A stretch of 64,000 bases of DNA from Octopus vulgaris (Eukaryota), in NCBI GenBank assembly GCA_951406725.2, contig OX597821.1:98022001-98086000 (forward strand), read 5' to 3'. Below, in pieces: positions 25,988 to 40,060 of this stretch. A model generated the notes under the pieces. The model was not told the DNA's origin, did not search any database, and saw only the letters and a list, made by a program, of their open reading frames with translations. The position numbers were made by a program, and so were the translations under genes. Positions within the stretch are counted from its first letter, which is position 1, and each line of letters opens with the position of its first letter.

Positions 25988-28900
25988 ACCATCCCGTATT
26001 TTCTCTCTGTGCACAGAACCTAGGACCTGATTTTCCAATGTCTTGTAAAATGTTTAGTTGTAGTTTGAGACAGACAGAACTGTCTACAACTGTTATTTCT
26101 TGCTGATTAAGTGACCATACAGAGGCACCCAAACTAGTTAGGTGTGTTTGTGAAAACTGATATAAAATACATTACAATCTACAGTATACGTTCAGGGAAG
26201 AACTCTCTTAAGAGACATAACTCAGGTCAAATTTAAAACTGTACCAAGATATGCTTTGATGAAATTAGTACTAATCTTAGCACTGGGGGTCAACATAATT
26301 GAAAGGAGAACCGCTTCATAGCTGCAATCCAACAACTGGTAGTTTTTGCTTGGATAGAGAAGGATAGTGTCCATGATTGTTTCAGCGCTGAAACTGGAAG
26401 GAGGAAAAGAGAGGAAAGTCTCTTCAAACTGGAGACCAGGTCTGAATGTTTCTAACAAAGTGTTTTCATCAGGCCATAAAAGTGCAACAGCATTAATCTA
26501 GATAGAACACAAGAGTGTGATTAGGTATCTTCTCAAATTAACTCAGCTTAACACAGTAGACATACCTGTCAAGAACAAGGCAAGAGCTGCAAAACAGCTC
26601 TAGCAAATCACACATATAAAATATTTGATTGACATTGCTTGGCTATCCTGTACATTTGCAATTAATGTACAGTAGAAAAGATGACATTGCATTTTCAACA
26701 TTCCATTTACAGTTGAAGAGCTTGAAACCCTGAGCAAACATTTTGCTGTATCTCTGGACAGGACAAAGAGTTTTAACCTCAGTTTATTTAGCTTTGGTGA
26801 ATGTGAAGTTTACCTGCAATAGACTAGACCTCTATCTAAAGAAGCGAGTTGTTCTAGATCTGCTCTGCATAACAAAAAAGCTAATTAAATAACAATCCTA
26901 TGAAACTAAAGGAGGTTTCACAAAACATTTATAATTAAAAGACAAGAACAAAATAGAACCTTAAATCAACATATCCAGAATATCAAATCTATTCCAAAAT
27001 TATAGTTTTAAAGAAATTACATTCTATAAACTGCTAACAAGACATATTCGCTGTTTGATTCATTAAATTCGACAATACATGTCAATATTTAATTAGATAT
27101 TTAAACACTATAGACAAGAGGCAAAAACCACAAGAAAAAAGGTGAGATCGTTACCACTGAAATATAAAGTAATATTAAATATTTCATAATAAACATGTTA
27201 ATACGTAGGGAAAAAAAAAGGTAAAGAAAGAGTACAAAACGAGCTGTAGTAGATTCCAGACTAGAAATTCTACAGAAGGTTAACATAGATGAGATGGTAG
27301 CAGTGTGAGAAATGGTAAACATTCCAATAAATAATTGAGAAATGTCCATGCAAAAAAGTGTGAGGTCTAGAGCTAATAGCATCATGCTGCAAAGAATGCA
27401 ATGCTGATGAAAAACAGAAATATATTGCTAACAACAGCAAAACAGGAATTAAACATTAAATAAATATATATAAAGCAAAAATTTAATTAATATGCTAAAT
27501 GTAAAAGGTAATTAAAGTCTAAGCTTGAACTAAAATTAACATGTTACTTTTGTATAAGATCTTAAATTTAGTTTATACCAAGAAATTAGCAGTAAGATAA
27601 CTTATTTTCTATCTAGATTTTTCTATTTTGTAAAAAAGACATAGTAACAATTTTTTTTTTTTATCTAACTACAGTTTCATTTAATTTTGGGTTGACATTG
27701 CAGTTATACACAAGCAAATTTGTATGGCTGATTTGAACCCAGGGCATAGCCAGAGGAAATGCCACTAAGCATTTTAGACAACTCACTGCCCTCTTTGAAA
27801 TGATAACAAGAATATCTTTATATAGCCATGATATCAGATGTATCAATAGACTGATATAATAATGGAAACAGTGATAGATCCTAATATAACAATATCAACA
27901 ACACTGACACTAATAAAATTCAGGTCACAACATCAATCATGTCCTGATTAACCAATAAAACTATAAGCATCACCTGTAATATATAAATTATAAGCCTAAT
28001 TTCATAAAGTATGGTCATTTTTGATGTTTATCCCAGTTCAATCCTGTTCCATCAAAGGTGCTCGAAAAGTGATCAATCCATCATATTATTCCTCCAGACA
28101 CTGTAATTAGGGCTACAGTGTCCAAAATGTAAAATTAAATTATTTTCCCCACACCTAATAAATGACTAGGCTGAGATTAAGTGAAGTAGAGATATTTCTT
28201 TTTTTTGATTTTTACATTTAAATCTTATTTTATATTTCATATGTATAAAGATTTCATTAAAGGTTAAATTAACTTTCAGTAGAACAATAAAAAGTTATCT
28301 CTAAGAAATCCTATTCTACAAGACAGCTTTAAAGAAAACAGAAAACTTTCTCAAAATCAAATAACAATGTCAATATTATGTTTATTATATAGATGAAGAC
28401 CATATTTAACCAATGCTAGAAATAGCTTGTTAATAATCAATGTCCATTTTCTAATGATGATGATGATAGTGATGATGATGAGTTACTGGTGGAGAACAAA
28501 AATATTTGAAAGTAAGTTTGTTACAGAAATTTTGTTTTCTCTTTAAAAAAGAAAACTTTCATGAGAAAGATAGTACTGAGAGATCAAACTTGATCAAAAT
28601 AGGGATTTTTTTGAAGACTGGGTTTAGTAAATTATGTGAGATATTACTGGTATAGTGGTGATGGGTTACTGACTGGTACATTTCAGTTCCTAATTCCAAT
28701 AAGAAAGAGATGAGAAATACTATTTATATGATAACATTGATATACCAATACAACTACAATTACACCATCAGTGACTGCCTGATAAAACAAAGGCACCAGT
28801 AATAATAATCACAGCAAAATTACTATTTCAATATAGCAATAACAACAAGTGTGATAACCCAATATGATGGTAAGAAACAGTAATACTGAATCCCTGATAT

Positions 28901-29135
28901 AACAACAATACAAGAAATAGTGTTGCTCTGATATGACATAACAGTTCTCCAGTCATACATCTGTTAGCAGTTAACTGCTAGACTTGTCACAGTTACAATA
29001 CTGTAATGTAACATGAACAAGACATACGTGTATGACAGAACTATTAATGAAAATGTGCATGGGAACTCAGTATGATGGACATATTTAATCCATGGCACCA
29101 AAACACAAGGAGATCATTTATAGAAATAATAATAA

Positions 29136-29586
29136 GGCACAAGTGTGACTATGTCGCTGAAAAGTTTGCTTCCCAACCACATGGTTTCAAGTTCAGTCCC
29201 ACTGCATGGCACCTTGGGCATGTGTCTTCTACTACAGCTTTGAGTTGACCAAAGCCATGTGAGTGGATTTGATAGACAAAAAACTGAAAGGAGGCTAACT
29301 TATATGTACATATGTATGTATATCTGTGTGTGTGTGTGTGTACACACTTGTGTCTCCTTATCTTGACATTATATAGTAGTTGTAAATGTGTGTCACTGTC
29401 ATACAAGCAGTGTTGTTCATTTCCAATATTCTGCAAAAACATGTCTGGTCATGGGGAAATATTTCCTTGCTTGGAAATAGGTGAGGGTTAGCAACAGAAA
29501 GAACATCCAGCCATAAAAACTTTGCCTCAACAAATTCTGTTCGACCCATGCAAGCATGGAAAAGTGGACATTAAAATAATGATGAC
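29136..29586 (+). mobile_element. Older SINE with family B tRNA head and RTE-type tail; similar copies at about 56951-57313 (+) and 38750-39405 (-)
   Basis: cccaaccacatggtttcaagttcagtcccactg head; ...catgcaagcatggaaaagtggac...gatgac tail. Confidence 0.7.
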
Positions 29587-29869
29587 AGGTGATAGAAATA
29601 ATGAAGATGAAACCTTTCAAAATATAACTAACGCATGTAAAATACAGACACAAGAACAGTCCCCATAATTAGAATTGTTAGGAAAAGAAGAGCATGACAC
29701 AAAGAAAACAATGAAAGACTGCCAAGTAAACCTTCCTTCTGTGAAGTTCAGCAGATAGCACTCTAATAAAGTTACTCTTCATCTGTGATACATGGATTTA
29801 CTTTTATGTTAAAGTGGCTGAATAGTCTTTTACCAGATTAGAGTATGTATAGATTGTAAACAGAAATAT

Positions 29870-30853
29870 AATCACCATTTCTGACTTAGATACAAGGCAA
29901 TAAATTTTAGAGAAGTGATATAGTCACTTCGACTCACTCCACAATTTCACTGTAACATTATTTTATTGATCTCCAGGAGAATGAAAGACAAATTCAGTGT
30001 TTGCAATATTTAAACTCAAAATTTAAAGAGATAACCTAAATGCTGTAGGGTCAAACAACCTATTGATTCTGCCAATCTATATTAATAGTCTCTTCTCAAG
30101 TAAAAGTAAATCCTTTCCGATGGGGTAAGAAAATGGGGCACGATGTTGCTAAAGAAATGGTCACGTATCTGACAATAATAACTGTTTCGAATTTTGGCCC
30201 AAGGTCAGTTACTTTAGGAAGAGGGTTAAGTCAATTGCATTAACTCCAGTACTCAACTACTACTTATTTTATTGAACCCAAAAAGATGAAAGGCATAGTT
30301 AACCCCAGTGGAATTTGAACTCACAACATAAAGAGCCAAAAGAAATGCTGCTAAGTATTTTACACAATGTGCTAGCAAATCTACCAGCTTGCCACCTTTA
30401 CAATAATGATAATCTTTTCTACAGGCACCTGGCTGGAAACTATGGTGGAAGGGGGAAGTTGATGACATCAACCCCAGTGTCCAACTGGTACTTATATTAT
30501 TAATACCAAAAGGATGAAAGGCAAACTTGACCTCAGCAGCATTTGAACTTTGAGTGTAAAGCCAGATGAAATGGTGCTAAGCATTTTGTCCAGAACAGTA
30601 ACAGTTTTGCCAGCTCTTCACAATAATAATATAATAATCCTTCCTACTAAAGGCACAAGGCCTGAAATTTTGGGAGAGGGGACAAGTCAATTACATTAAC
30701 CCCAGTGTTTCACTGGTACTTAATTTAACGACCCTGAAAGGATGGAAGGAAAATTCAACCTCGGTGGAATTTGAACTCAGGACGTAAGGACAAATGAAAT
30801 TCCTTTAAGCATTTTGCCCGGTGTGCTAACAATTTTGCCAGCTCACCACTTTC

Positions 30854-30896
<43 letters not shown>

Positions 30897-31100
30897 TGCT
30901 TCTAACAAAGGTACATGGCCTGAAATTTAGGGATAGGTGTTAATTAATTGTCTTGAAACAAGTGCCTCAGTGGTACTTTATTTTATTAACTCTGAAAAGG
31001 ATGAAAGGAATACTGACTTCAACTGGGTTTGTAAACTTGAAACATAAAGACAAGAAAAGAAATTCAGTAAGGTCTGTTATCTGTTGCTCTAGCAATTCTA
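29870..31100 (-). repeat. Head-to-tail array of about five family C SINE copies separated by (AAT)n
   Basis: gatgaaaggc...ggaatttgaactc...aaatg..ctaagcattttg...gccagct recurs at roughly 220-250 bp spacing. Confidence 0.75.
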
Positions 31101-31877
31101 CCTAAATCACCCACTAATGATGATAATAACAACAAGAACAACAAAAATGAAAAATGCAACTAAAACACAGTTTAATATGTAGAAAACAAAAATGAGACTT
31201 TGAAAACTGCACTTGCTTCAAAATTAAAAACAAAATTAAGACAAATTTGACATTGGCCAAAAAAAAATTTTTTTTTTTTTTTTTAAAAACCAAAACACGA
31301 ACAAATTCATACAACTGCAATTCTTAACTGTCCAATAGAAGGGGAGCATTCAAAAGAAGCTTGCAGAAGCAGCAACAGCTGGGACAGCCAGATTATTGAA
31401 AATGAATGCAAAGTAGAAATAGCTTCTGTGTTAAAGGAGCAAAGAGAGAAAATTGATTTTAAATGCCAGACGTACATGCCAACCCAATTTATACAAAGAG
31501 TTTAAATATCATTTTTTTTTTCAGTATTTAAATCTTTATTTATTTCATTGCTTTTTTTATGTTTCATTTTTAGCTTTTGTTTTTTCTTTTCACTTTTGCT
31601 TTTAAAACTTCATTGTTGGGAAAAATATAAAAAAAATTTTTTTTTTTAATGAGATAAAACATTTATTTATTGAACACATTAATTGGATTCTTGAAAAAGT
31701 TTTTTTTTTAAATACATATTTTTGTGTGTACATGCATTAGTTTGTGGATGTGTATACACACAACACACACAAATGCATACACTTACACACAAACTTAAAA
31801 TTTACCTTTTCAAAACTTTCTTTTATACATGATATTCTTAAAAAGTAAACTTGAAAATAAAAATAAATATCTATACC

Positions 31878-31978
31878 TATGTATGTGCATGTGTGTGTAT
31901 ACATGTATGTATGTATGTATGTATGTATGTACGTATATAAATACATATATATGTATATAAGTAAATACATATATGTGT

Positions 31979-32022
<44 letters not shown>

Positions 32023-32500
32023 GCACACACATGTATATACATACATATATGTATATATATATATGTATATCTATATATATATATACATGTATATATATGA
32101 ATGTGTGTGTATATATGTGTATACACACACATATGTATGCATGTATTGTATATATACATGTATGTATGTGTGTGTGTGTGTGTAAATATGTATGTATATA
32201 CATGTGTCTATGTGTGTGTATGTGTATAAATATATATGCATGTATATATGTGTGTATGTATGTATGTATGTATGCAGACATGTATATATGATATAAATCC
32301 CAGTCAGAACAAAATTAATGATAAATTTGTCTATTTTCTGTATTGAATCTTATGATCAGTATGTGTTCCATTACTAATCTGAAACTAGCTTTAAAAAAAT
32401 GACTTAACAAGCATATGCTAAACATGTCTGCAAATATGTGTGCACATATGTATACAAATGAATACATATTTGAATATGCACATGTGTGCATGTATGTATG

Positions 32501-32563
<63 letters not shown>

Positions 32564-32712
32564 ACACATATATAAACGTATACTTCTGCATATCAATATA
32601 TACATATGTACATAATATACATACACATGTATATATCTATACACATATATACACAAATAAATATATAAATACATTGTGTGTGTGTGTGTGTGTCTCTCTC
32701 TCTCTCTCTCTC
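31878..32712. repeat. Compound TA/TG/CA/TATG/CT microsatellite field
   Basis: Direct reading; source of the YIYI/HTHT pseudo-ORFs. Confidence 0.95.
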
Positions 32713-34109
32713 TTTGTCTTTTTATCTCTTCACATTGACACTGCTTTGGCACCCTGTCTGAATCACTGTACTCCTTGCTTCCTATCCATGGAAGGAAAAC
32801 TCTCACTCCTCAAAAGTGAACTGACTGTTTACTTAACAACCAGGAAACAACACCAAAGCATGGTGACTGCACATATTAGTTACATAAGTTATAGGGATGT
32901 CATAAACTTCAAGCCACATAACATATTGCTGCTAGTGGAAGCAGAAACACCACACTAGATTTAGCCATGTTCAAGCTATAAATGAGTCCACACAAATAAT
33001 TCCCACCTCATGTCATGGCATATGCACCCGTTGATACAAAAGTCATAAACTGCCACGAACATTAAATATTAACATGATCATGTAACACCATAAATACAGT
33101 ACTACACTAATAAATGTTTAATCTACAAACTACTATGAACTCATGTAAGCAACAAGAATATTCTTTTAGGATACACAATATACTCCTGGCCTCCCAACTA
33201 TGTACATTACAACCCTGTGTCATATATTGGGTGAATCCAAGAAACCTGAGCACTTCACTCTATAATCACAACACCCATCCACCCAGATTAATCCAAAATT
33301 TATACTATCAAACTTTATACCCGTTTACTATATTTTTATTTATTTATCTTTCTAATCTTATTTCCTTTATTCCATTTCATTTTCTCTATTCTATTTATTT
33401 AGTTTCATCATCATCATCATCATTAATGTCCATCTTCCATGCTGGCATGGGTTTGTCGGTTAGATAGGGTCCAGCAAATGGGAGGACTATGTCAAGCTCC
33501 ATGTCACCGGCATTAGTGAGGTTATCAAATAACTTGCAAGACCCCTCGACTGATGGCCTTTTGCCAGGCGTTTAGAAGCTAAAGTACGACAGAGAGACAA
33601 GCACAAATGTCTTACTACAGAGGAGATACATCACTACCCCGCATTATACAAGGGTGGGTCGGAGTAACTGCAAAGAGATATGAAAGGTGGTACCAAGAGA
33701 TATTTCATTTCAGTTATCCTATCCCATCTTATTTGGCCTTCATCTCTTTGAATATATGAATGAAAATATCCAAACATCAGAGACCACTTAAAGACCAGTA
33801 ATAGACTGACTTATTTCCCTTTAATAACTTAATGTATTTTATTCCATTTATTTCCTTCCATTTCATAATTTCAAACCATAACCATCTCCTGTCTTTCACT
33901 AATGCCAAACCAACTTGTATAACATCACATCAAGGAGCATTCTGTTCTGACCAATTGGAAAACCTTATTCAGCCCACTCACTGGTTGTTGCCAAATATCT
34001 CTAAAATGGACTGCAAGCTGAAGATTACGATGCAACAGAAATAACAGTGAATGATAAAACAAGAGTTTTGACCTGTTTTAGTTGCAGATGATCAATGTAT
34101 ATCTATCTA

Positions 34110-34167
<58 letters not shown>

Positions 34168-34254
34168 AATAATTCAAAATGTGACCACGTGTGTACCGTT
34201 GGCGATTTTTTTTTTTCCTCTGTCTTCCCTTCTCTGGATCTTTCCTTCTCCTAT

Positions 34255-34289
34255 GTTTCAGACGAAGAGCTCCGCTCGAAACATTAAAC
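34255..34289 (+). ncRNA. Degenerate type I minimal hammerhead-ribozyme-like motif (Penelope-associated type)
   Basis: GUUU-CAGACGA-A-GAGC(UCC)GCUC-GAAA-CAUU-AAAC: stem I GUUU/AAAC, stem II GAGC/GCUC, GAAA box; core differs from CUGANGA at one position. Confidence 0.5.
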
Positions 34290-34379
34290 CCTCCTTCTTT
34301 CCTGAGCATCCAATAATACTATATTTGTTCCACGTCCTCGCGTTGTTGTGTTTTTTTGTGCTTTCTTGTTTGGATTAAC

Positions 34380-34411
<32 letters not shown>

Positions 34412-34451
34412 TATATACAGATTTATATTATTTATTATGCATAAATATATG

Positions 34452-34498
<47 letters not shown>

Positions 34499-34551
34499 TA
34501 CAGATTTATATTATTTATTATGCATAAAAATGATACTTTATATGATATATG

Positions 34552-34592
<41 letters not shown>

Positions 34593-34683
34593 TACAGATT
34601 TATATTATTTATTATGCATAAAAATGATACTTTATATGATATATGTTTATATATATATATATTTTATATATATATATATATAT

Positions 34684-34744
<61 letters not shown>

Positions 34745-34800
34745 CAGATACACACACACACAGCTAGGCACACACATGCATTATATATACATATATATAT
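34380..34800. repeat. Three approximately 90-100 bp TA-anchored tandem units followed by (GATA)n
   Basis: cacatatatacagatttatattatttattatgcataaaa occurs three times; perfect GATA run at about 34685-34745. Confidence 0.9.
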
Positions 34801-35485
34801 ATTATTTATTATGTATATATGTATAAAGTTACATCATATGTAATGAATCTGTATGGTGGTTAGTTTTGTTTATTTTCAAATACCTGAATAGCAGCAGTAC
34901 AAATTAGTCATATAGTAATTTATGCAGTTACAGTATGTATCAGCCAATTTTGTTACAGCTTTAACCCTACCAAAGATAGACATGTCCACAGCGTATTTAA
35001 AGCATTTAATGGCATATGAGTAAAAACGAAAACCATAATTGGGCAGAAGTCATCCAAAATATTCATGGCATTGATAGGAAAGAGTTCTTAAATGAAAGAA
35101 CTAGTGAAAGACGATTTGAAGCTTTTAGGGAGAGTAATTTCAGCTTAAAAGCTGCTTTATAAACAGACTGTCTCTTCAGTTTAATAAAGATATGTTTTTA
35201 TCAAAACTTTATCAAACAATGCTGTTAAAATTGAAGTATTGGCCCAAAAGCTGAATTCAAACCATTCAACAGTTTACTACGTCTGCAACAACTTGGAAAG
35301 GTGCCTGAACTTGGAAAATGAGTTCCCCATAATTTGAGAGAAAACATTAGCACTGCACATATAGATTTCTATAATTCTCCACACTCTCATGAATTCATAC
35401 CACCATCTTTGGACAAATAAGTGACTTTTGATATCAACCCATCTAAAACTGACCTTGGTTTTATAATATAAACGTAATATAAACA

Positions 35486-35896
35486 GGTGCAGGAGTGGCT
35501 GTGTGGTAAGTAGCTTGCTAACCAACCACATGGTTCCGAATTCAGTCCCACTGCGTGGCACCTTGGGCAAGTGTCTTCTGCTATAGCCCCGGGCCGACCA
35601 ATGCCTTGTGAGTGGATTTGGTAGATGGAAACTGAAAGAAGCCTGTCGTATATATGTATATATATATATGTATGTGTGTGTGTGTTTATGTGTCTGTGTT
35701 TGTCCCCCCAACATCGCTTGACAACCGATGCGGGTGTGTTTACTTCCCCGTCACTTAGCGGTTCGGCAAAAGAGACCGATAGAATAAGTACTGGGCTTAC
35801 AAGGAATAAGTCTCGGGGTCGATTTGCTCGACTAAAAGCGGTGCTCCAGCATGGCCGCAGTCAAATGACTGAAACAAGTGAAAGAGTAAAAGAATA
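35486..35896 (+). mobile_element. tRNA-derived SINE (family B), full length
   Basis: Same head, body and tail as the 21134 and 49138 copies, opposite strand. Confidence 0.9.
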
Positions 35897-35989
35897 CTGT
35901 TTTAAAGTGATCTAAATTAAAACTTTCCCTCAAAGGTCCATGTTAATTTATGCTCCAAGTCTCAGCTTGATAACAACAATTTTACTAAA

Positions 35990-36495
35990 TGGCTACATGA
36001 AGGAGAACTGGCTGAACCAAAGAGAAAAATGTTGTAGGATTGTTGGTGTGATCCACTCTCAGTTGCTATCAGTAAATGGAATGATTACAGCAGACATTTG
36101 TTGTTAGCAGTTAGAATGTTTAAACACTACTTTGAAGGAAAACAGGCCTGTTTTAGCGAATCACAAAGGAGAGGTATTCCATCATGATAATGCATGGTCC
36201 CATACATCAAAGATGATGTCTGAAAAGACTGAAACCTTGGCTGGGGTAAAACTCCACGACCACCGCTTTATTCATCAGATCTTGCTCCATCTGATTATAA
36301 CCTAGTTTACAGAATCGTTTTGATGGACAAGTTCTTAATATATGAAGATTGGGAAACCACATCTTTTTTCCACCATATGAAAATTAGAAACTACATCTTT
36401 TCCACAAAACCATAAGAATATTACACAAATGGTATTAAGAAGCTTATAAATCAGTGGAAGGAAGTCTTTGATAATGATGGTGACTACATTAAAGA
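35990..36495 (+). mobile_element. Degraded mariner transposase fragment
   Basis: FHHDNAWSHTS and YSSDLAPSDYNL (mariner HDNARPH / YSPDLAPSD motifs); GIKKLINQWKEVFDNDGDY C-terminus. Confidence 0.8.
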
Positions 36496-36628
36496 AGGTA
36501 TCCAAATAGAAATATGAAATATAGAGTTCTTTTTTTTTTCTTGTCCAATATTTGGGCATTACTTATGGGATGATGTGATAGATTATACATATGATATAAA
36601 CATTTAACATATATACATGTGTATGTGT

Positions 36629-36659
<31 letters not shown>

Positions 36660-36981
36660 CACAGATTCTATATATACTTTACATACATACATTACATATA
36701 CACACATACATCTCACACACATGGATATCTGTATGTGCATTTACAATTGTAATTATATATGCATACATTTGTGTATGTGTGTGTACATGTGTAAGGGTGT
36801 ATATGTGTATAAACACATACAAATATACACACCTACACAACAAAATACAGTGTTTACATTGTTTTTAAAAATACTTAATACAAGAATATTTACTTATGTG
36901 ATGTATTGAATACTGAACTACTATTTCATTGATAGCTATTAAACACTGTTGTAGACAGAGGGTTGGCATGTATGGTCTTAC

Positions 36982-37097
36982 CATGCGGGCTTCCAATGAG
37001 GAAAGGGTCTGTTTCTTTGCTACCTTCAGGTATGTCTGGTACAACATCAGGTCCCGCTCGGAAGCTGCTGTGCTTCACCTTCTGATTCCTGCGATAT
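36982..37097 (-). CDS. RPTP exon f: juxtamembrane (R)YRRNQKVKHSSFRAGPDVVPDIPEGSKETDPFLIGSPH
   Basis: gtctgcttaag|A...CATG|gtaaga; 116 nt, phase 2-1; gives the positive-inside stop-transfer HRYRRNQK after the TM; GC-richer than flanks; AAG acceptor is weaker than usual. Confidence 0.85.
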
Positions 37098-37726
37098 CTT
37101 AAGCAGACAAATAGTAATTCCCGATGAGATATATTTTGGCAAATTTTTTTTTTCTTTCAAAAGGAGAACAAGATATAAAACAAATATAAACTGTATTTCA
37201 TTTTTTTTTTCATATATTCTTTTTCAATTTTAAGTTTTAAAAATATAGAACTAATTACAGAAAGCTAATTGGAAAATGAAATAAAAGAATAAATCTAATT
37301 AAGTAGGTAATGTGATATAATTATTATACAGACTATATGACACATTAACAAGAGTTTCAATACACAAAATATCAGGAACAGCTCTACTTGAAAGAAAAGA
37401 AAGAATATAAGTACATAAATTTAATTATTTCCATGATATTCATATTACATGTAGATATATTCACCTCAGATGTGATGACATCATACCTGAAGAATGATTT
37501 TTTAAAAATAAATAAACATAATATACATATTCATAATTTTTCTTATTGTTTCTAATCATTTATATTTAATGGTTTTTGAGAGTCATTTGACAGCTTAAGA
37601 ATTTCTATTTTCTTTTCCCTTCAATTTAAAATAAATACCAAATCACTCACTCATTCATTTCATACCTATACTTAATCTGAAATGGAAACAGAGACACACA
37701 CAAACATATATATATATATCTTTAGT

Positions 37727-37774
<48 letters not shown>

Positions 37775-38426
37775 GTGTTATTTTGCTCCAGTGTTATTTA
37801 TTTTTTACATTAATCTTAATCTTATTTCAGCTAAACTGGCAAAATGACCATTCCGGAATATAACAATATCTGTTTCAACACACGACTTCACATAAAAAAT
37901 ATTGCACAACAAATATATAAACGTATATATATATATGACCGATTGCTAGCCTTTTCGGGGTCAGCAGCCGTTGCGGCAAGACACATTTTTTTTCTCTCTC
38001 TTGCCTTAAGGCATTTTTCTAACGCCAGCTCAAAAATTTACTCGTCCTGTCGAAAAGACGCTTGTCTGTGACGTCCTGTTTTTGTTGTTATTATTATTAT
38101 CATTATTGTTTTTACGTATTTTTGTATTCTTATTCGTGTTATCATTATTGTTTTTACGTATTTTTGTATTTTTATTCGTGTAACATCGTCCTGTTTTCCA
38201 TCCTTGTTTTGTATACATTCGAGGCTTTCTTCCAAGGAATCTAATGCGCTTGGCTTAGATTTTCCTTTGGGGCTGGCCCAATCGGAGCAATCTCAAGATT
38301 AATCAGCCGAAATTGCGAAGATGATCCGGTTCTTGACTGAAGATTGAAGGCTTCGAATGTCCCGTCCGTGTTTTTTGTATCTTCTTCTAAATGTTTTGCG
38401 TTCTTGTCCCAGTTTGTATTTTTTCT

Positions 38427-38464
<38 letters not shown>

Positions 38465-39078
38465 AATTCATTCATTCCATTCATTCACTCACTTATTATA
38501 ATGAGGAGTATATAAGACATAAAAAGTCAGGTGGTATGAGAGGTGAATATATTTATTTAACCACTTGACGTCCTTAGGATTACGGCCATCTTGCAGCCTT
38601 CATCATGTAATAATAATTTAGGTCTATAATAAATTATTTTGTCTGTACTAACATGCATGCTATGCATTGTACAATACATTTGTATAATTACAAATCAATG
38701 AAGATAAAGGAAGCTAGCTCAGCAGATCACCAGAACATCATAGTTACGCTAATGTTTCATTTTCACATCCACTTTTCCATGCCAGCACAGATCAGATGGC
38801 ACTCACTGAGGAAAATAGATTTTCTACAGCCAGATGTCTTCTGTTGCCAGTTAGCAAGTAAGGTAATGTTTTTCCACAACTGGACATAATTTCACAGAAA
38901 ATCAGAAATGAGGGGCACAGCATGTATGATGGTGATGCTCAACATAACAAGCAAACACATACATAGGAGATTCCATCAGTATCTGTCTACTAAATCAATA
39001 TGCCACAAGGATTTGGCCAGCCTAGGCTACAGAAGACTCTTGGCCAAGGGACTACACAATGAGACTGAACCTGGAATT

Positions 39079-39380
39079 ACAGCTCCCATGACTTCAGGAA
39101 ACATTTTTTCACGCTGAGAGTTGCTGAAGCATGGAACAAACTGCCGGCATCAGTTGTTAGTTGTCGGAGCACTGCATCCTTCAAAACTTCCATGCTTCCT
39201 GAGATTCGCCAACACTACACCTGATTTTCTCCCCTCCATACACACACAGGCATGTATCTGACTCATACATTGTTCACTTTCCAGACATTTCTACATTACT
39301 GCATGTACTTTATATGCACTTTCTGACAAGTTGTGGTGCACCTGAGCACTGTATACAATAATTTCATTATTTATTTATTT
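39079..39380 (+). mobile_element. CR1 family 1 3'-end fragment nested in an older SINE
   Basis: Near-identical to about 5004-5300; the host SINE resumes at gaaagcaaacttcttaaccacac. Confidence 0.85.
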
Positions 39381-40011
39381 AAGAAAGCAAACTTCTTAAC
39401 CACACTGTCTTAGTTCTATTTTTTATATCCACTTTCCATGCTAGTAAGGGTTACATGTAATACTTATTAGTAAGGTATTATTTTACAGGAGGATGGCCTA
39501 CCTGTCACTAACCATTACCCGTTTTTCAAATAAAGGCCTTTTCATTCCAGTCATCTTCAAAAGTTGAGCTATTGGTCAATTAATTGATGGGAATTGTCAA
39601 CAAACATTACTCTCCATGCAGTACAGAATATACACATTCACATCAGATACACATGCAACCCCCACACTTATATACACACACTCACATTGTTTTAGACAAG
39701 ACAGATAGATATACATATGTATGTATGTAGGCATATGTGTGTGTGTGTATTAAATGATTAATACAGAAGAAAGAATGTAACAACAAGAATTTATTAAGCA
39801 CAACAATCGTTTTGATTTTATTCTGGACTGCTCCTTAGGGGCATGGGATGATGTAATGGCACTAGATGCGACACACAGTGCAAAAGAGCATCATCAGGTG
39901 ACATAGGACACTTCAAAAGTTAGCAGATTTACATTTCTGATTAGATATATTTTGTCAAAAATTTTATTTTTCAAAAGGGGAATAAAATATAAAACAAATA
40001 TAAACTATATT

Positions 40012-40058
<47 letters not shown>

Positions 40059-40060
40059 TA

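Noticed and set aside
26439-26475. Other hammerhead-like remnants on the minus strand (CUGAUGA-AAACA-CUU-UGUUA-GAAA here; weaker ones near 38570-38610 and 39805-39900)
   Set aside because: Stem II closing pair, stem I or the GAAA box is broken; possibly decayed Penelope ends but not supportable without a consensus.
27948-27973. Possible alternative terminal exon GDAYSFIG*
   Set aside because: Weak polypyrimidine tract; such a short ORF is expected by chance.
29870-31100. Regularly spaced repeats considered as CRISPR-like or a tRNA gene cluster
   Set aside because: Eukaryotic context; the units are diverged SINEs with no unique spacers and no cloverleaf.
31737-32958. Many 70-170 aa ORFs rich in Y/I/H/T/C/V (also near 34082-34691, 36489-36909 and 40295)
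   Set aside because: Translations of TA/CA/TG microsatellites.
37466-37487. 22-nt segment with AG/GT boundaries upstream of the JM exon
   Set aside because: Phase 2-0 would shift the frame and stop within exon f; no other support.
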